This document shows, piece after piece, positions 60,640 through 64,000 of a stretch of DNA of 64,000 bases; the stretch's first letter is position 1, and each line of letters opens with the position of its first letter. The notes under the pieces were generated by a model. That model was given only the letters and a program-made list of their open reading frames with translations. It did not search any database and was not told the DNA's origin. Source of the stretch: an uncultured Poribacteria bacterium. Its GTDB lineage: Bacteria > Poribacteria > WGA-4E > WGA-3G. The translations under genes were made by a program, and so were the position numbers. Location of the stretch: positions 252,481 through 316,480 of the forward strand of contig OY282383.1 in NCBI GenBank assembly GCA_958295855.1, given 5' to 3'.

Positions 60640-61758
60640 TCACCTTAATTTAAGGGTACTTAGGGCTATGAGCACTAAAATCAGTCCCACAATCCAAAAC
60701 CGGATAACTACCTTAGATTCTTTCCAACCTGACAGTAGGAAGTGGTAATGGATAGGTGACATCTTGAAGACCCTTTTGCCAAACGTCCGAAACCACCAGA
60801 CCTGGATGATAACGGACAGAGCTTCCACAACGAAAATAGCACCCACAATGACAAGGAGAAACTCCTGTTTTATTAGCACAGCCACTGTCCCAAGCGTCGC
60901 ACCCAGTGACAGAGACCCGGTATCCCCCATAAACACTTGGGCCGGATGCCCATTATACCATAAAAATCCTAACCCCGCCCCCACTAACGCAGCACAAAAA
61001 ATCGCGGTAACTTCCCCACCGTCCGGAAAATGAAAAATGTTGAGGTACTCGGCAATCTGGTTGTGGCTCGTCATATACCCCAACACGCCTAAGGTGCCTG
61101 CCACAAATAGGGTGCATCCAATGGCTAACCCATCCATACCATCTGTTAGATTGACTGCATTAGAAGTGCCAACAATCACCAAGGTAACAAAAGGAATAAA
61201 CAGAATTCCCAAATTCGGTTGCACCGTTTTGAAGAACGGGAGGCTTAGCGAAGTACGGGTTGCAACATCGCCCGCTTGCACGGGACCCCATTGGTAAAGA
61301 TAACCAGCAATCGCCAAAGCCCCCACAGTTTGGAGCGCAATCTTATGCCAACCACGAAGCCCTAAGGATTGTTGTTTAACCAGTTTGCTATAATCATCTA
61401 GAAAGCCGAGCCCGCCGAACCAGAGCATTGTCAGAACCATCAGGTAGATATAGGGCTGATCGAGGCGAGCCCAGAACACTACTGATATTAACACAGAAAC
61501 AATGATGAGAACGCCCCCCATTGTTGGCGTGCCAGCTTTGCTCTGCTTTTCGCTATGCTGTTGGGCTTCAGCCACCTCCTCCTGAATATGCTCCCCGATG
61601 CGCAACTGTTTTAACTTCTCTATCATAAAAGGGCCCAATACGAGCGAAATGAGAAGGGCAGTAGCTGTTGCATAAATCGCGCGAAAGCTAATATAGCGAA
61701 AGACGTTGAATGGCGAAAAGACTTCAATCAGATTCTCAAAAAAGAGATGATAAAACAT
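60640..61758 (-). CDS. mraY: Phospho-MurNAc-pentapeptide transferase
   Basis: KAGTPTMGG, FLDDY, NAVNLTDGMDGL, FMGDTGS, PIHYHF. Confidence 0.96.
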   Translation of the reverse strand: MFYHLFFENLIEVFSPFNVFRYISFRAIYATATALLISLVLGPFMIEKLKQLRIGEHIQEEVAEAQQHSEKQSKAGTPTMGGVLIIVSVLISVVFWARLDQPYIYLMVLTMLWFGGLGFLDDYSKLVKQQSLGLRGWHKIALQTVGALAIAGYLYQWGPVQAGDVATRTSLSLPFFKTVQPNLGILFIPFVTLVIVGTSNAVNLTDGMDGLAIGCTLFVAGTLGVLGYMTSHNQIAEYLNIFHFPDGGEVTAIFCAALVGAGLGFLWYNGHPAQVFMGDTGSLSLGATLGTVAVLIKQEFLLVIVGAIFVVEALSVIIQVWWFRTFGKRVFKMSPIHYHFLLSGWKESKVVIRFWIVGLILVLIALSTLKLR

Positions 61759-61928
61759 TTTTTCGTTTTTCCTTGCGGAGAATTGAAAATGCAAGATACA
61801 TCTAACAATGCACTATAGCTCTCGTCGGAGGTTTTTTATGCAAGGTTTACCTAAGAGTCCTCTGACGAGATTTGTAAGGGCTTTGAAACTACAGGAGCGA
61901 GTGTGGTACTCCGCAAGGCATGTTAAAA
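61759..61928. mobile_element. Full back-to-back A(-)/A'(+) element filling the ddl-mraY gap; supplies the ddl stop and an SD-like AAGGA for mraY
   Basis: TTTTCCTTGCGGAG...CTCGTCGGAGG...CCTCTGACGAG...CTCCGCAAGGCATGTTAAAA. Confidence 0.8.
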
Positions 61929-63119
61929 AGCTGTGTTCTGGAGCTTTCCATCCTGCTTCAATTTGGCAAAACTTGCCCCCGCTTGGCTGAGCAGATTCGT
62001 TGCATAAGAATAGGTTAATCCTTTTTTCTCCTGATGCACTGAAAATGCTAAATCGATCAGTCGCGAAACTAACTGTGGAAATTCAATTCCTTCCTGCTCC
62101 CATAGGTAAAAACTGAATGAGCCAGGTATCGTATTGATTTCGTTCACATAGACATGTTCCGATGCATCCACAAGGAAATCAATACGAGCGACACCCGCGC
62201 AGTCTAAAACCTGAAAACTTCGTGTCGCAAGCTCCTGAATATGTAACGTCAATTTTTCGGAAATGGGTGCAGGAATTTTGCGCTCTGCCCCTGCCATCCC
62301 GGAAGATTCCGCCTCTTGATGGATATATTTATCCTCAAAACTCAGAAAATTGGACTGAGCCACGGGTTGCTCGCAAACAGAAGGTGTTAACTCATGGCTA
62401 CCCATCACTGAACAGTTGATTTCACGTGCCTCTTCCACACCTTGTTCGATAAGAATCCTGCGGCAGTACTGCCCGGCGAGCTCAACAGCAGGGAGGAGTT
62501 CCACACGACTTTTCACAGAACTGACACCGATGCTTGAACCGCTCATTGCGGGTTTCACGAAGAGCGGGTAGGATAGCATGGCTTCTACCTTTTTGATGAT
62601 GTCGGGGCCAAGCGTTTCCCACTGGTACTGCGTCCACCACAAATAGGGGAGAATTGGCAACTTATTCTCATTGAGAATCGCCTTCATCATGATTTTATCC
62701 ATACCCACAGCGGAACCCCCTACACCTGCTCCAACGTACGGGAGATGCATCAACTCAAGCAGCCCTTGGAGCGTTCCATCTTCGCCGTGCGCACCGTGTA
62801 TCGATGGAAACACGACATCAACAGGGAGCTCCATTTTCTTCCGAAACCACTGTTTGGTGTAAACAACGAACTTGGGAACGGCATCAAATTCAACAGTCAC
62901 CTTGTCAAAATCGGACGAACGCGGCAGGCTCCCGTCGGTGAATACGCTCAAATCACGAAGACCTTCGCCGGTTAACCACTCGCCCTCCTTGGTTACATAA
63001 ATGGGGATGACGTGATAGTTTTCTTCCAGAGCCGCACAGACCTGATGTGCGGTGACGATAGAGACTTCGTGCTCCGGGGAGCGGCCTCCAAAAATGAGGG
63101 CTACATTATGTTTAGACAT
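61923..63119 (-). CDS. ddl: D-alanine--D-alanine ligase
   Basis: FGGRSPEHEVS, HGAHGEDGTLQG, GSSIG, EINTIPG. Confidence 0.95.
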   Translation of the reverse strand: MSKHNVALIFGGRSPEHEVSIVTAHQVCAALEENYHVIPIYVTKEGEWLTGEGLRDLSVFTDGSLPRSSDFDKVTVEFDAVPKFVVYTKQWFRKKMELPVDVVFPSIHGAHGEDGTLQGLLELMHLPYVGAGVGGSAVGMDKIMMKAILNENKLPILPYLWWTQYQWETLGPDIIKKVEAMLSYPLFVKPAMSGSSIGVSSVKSRVELLPAVELAGQYCRRILIEQGVEEAREINCSVMGSHELTPSVCEQPVAQSNFLSFEDKYIHQEAESSGMAGAERKIPAPISEKLTLHIQELATRSFQVLDCAGVARIDFLVDASEHVYVNEINTIPGSFSFYLWEQEGIEFPQLVSRLIDLAFSVHQEKKGLTYSYATNLLSQAGASFAKLKQDGKLQNTAF

Positions 63120-63464
63120 TTTTTTTAACATTCCGTTAATTGGGTTTCTGCTCCGATTTTTCCGCATGAGGTATTTACCCCTGCAAAGCAGGGGCGGATA
63201 CCCGGTTCAAAATCGGGTTTCTTATCAGTTGTAGGCTCTCTGATGCTAATTAAGGTTGCGTAAAAAACCTCCAACGAGATCTTTCGCCAATTCAGTTTCT
63301 GCTCCGATTTTTCCGCATGAGGTATTTACCCCCGCAAGCGGGGAATGCACCCTCTGCAAAATCGGGTTTCTTATGAATTGGAGCCTGTTTCATGCTAACT
63401 AAACTTGCGTAAAAAACCTCCAACGAGAGCTATAGTGCAATGTTAGAGGCACCCGCAGGCATTT

Positions 63465-64000
63465 TCAATTCTCCGCAAGGGATGCCGAAGAGTCCTCGTT
63501 GTAGTTGTCGGGCAAATCGTTCTCAAAAAGGACAACATCCCCGGGTTTTAAGAGCTTCGCCAAATATTGTCGTACCTCTACAAGGTTCATGGCGATAATA
63601 ACTTGTTGGCTTGGGTAATTGGCTGCTTTCAAGCCGCTTAATATCGGGGTAGTTCTTGAAGGGCCCACTAAGATAACAAGGTCACATACCTCGGCAGCTT
63701 GCAAACCAAAGCGTTTATTATCTTCGTATTCCCTTTCACCGAGTTCCACCATGCCGGGTGTCACCAGCACCTTTTTTCCATGCCCAATCTCGGCGAGTAC
63801 TTCAAGTGCCGCTTTCGCACCAACAGGATTCGCGTTGAAACTATCGTCGATGATAGTTACATTTCCTGCCCCGGCTGTCAACTGCAAGCGATGCGCGACA
63901 GGTTCTACGTTCGCAATCGCTTCACGAATCTCTTCTAGCGTCATCCCGCATGCTAAGGCGACACCCATCGCGGCAAGGATGTTAGAGACGTTATGTTTAC
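63465..64000 (-). CDS. murF: UDP-MurNAc-tripeptide--D-Ala-D-Ala ligase, 3' part (starts beyond window)
   Basis: HRLQ, IIDDSFNANP, TPGMVELG, LFENDLPDNY; next to ddl/mraY. Confidence 0.85.
   Translation of the reverse strand, partial: KHNVSNILAAMGVALACGMTLEEIREAIANVEPVAHRLQLTAGAGNVTIIDDSFNANPVGAKAALEVLAEIGHGKKVLVTPGMVELGEREYEDNKRFGLQAAEVCDLVILVGPSRTTPILSGLKAANYPSQQVIIAMNLVEVRQYLAKLLKPGDVVLFENDLPDNYNEDSSASLAEN

Overview
64 kb of bacterial chromosome (~50% GC by eye), probably Candidatus Poribacteria or a relative. This is an inference from the LamG protein with a VEP..KLATTWASLK tail and the dockerin-tailed, CRTAC1/FG-GAP, TPR and PhyH proteins. Gene content: sucD end, panB, and a hisI-trpE-trpG unit with an unannotated Trp-His-Trp leader peptide and attenuator terminator; a cobalamin riboswitch upstream of three cell-envelope genes; a ~16 kb defence hotspot (Schlafen/AlbA_2+ParA, OLD-like ABC-TOPRIM, Eco57I-type MTase, HD dNTPase+YwgA, PLD-SNF2 helicase) that looks like two tandem, reciprocally deleted modules; accessory and transport genes; and the dcw cluster (murF to ftsZ). 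The dominant unexplained signal is a very dense set of short interspersed repeats. One is a ~75 bp two-box element (CTCCGACGAG...CTCCGCAAGG, boxes ~50 bp apart) whose GCAAGG end almost always abuts a gene boundary and supplies stop codons (shared 'SFLAE' C-termini) and SD-like sequence. Several REP-like hairpin families nest inside each other and sit in frame inside essential genes (five in murD) and inside the riboswitch. No transposase/RAYT, integrase, tRNA, rRNA or CRISPR was found. Repeat coordinates are by-eye approximations and all protein calls are from motif recognition, not database searches.
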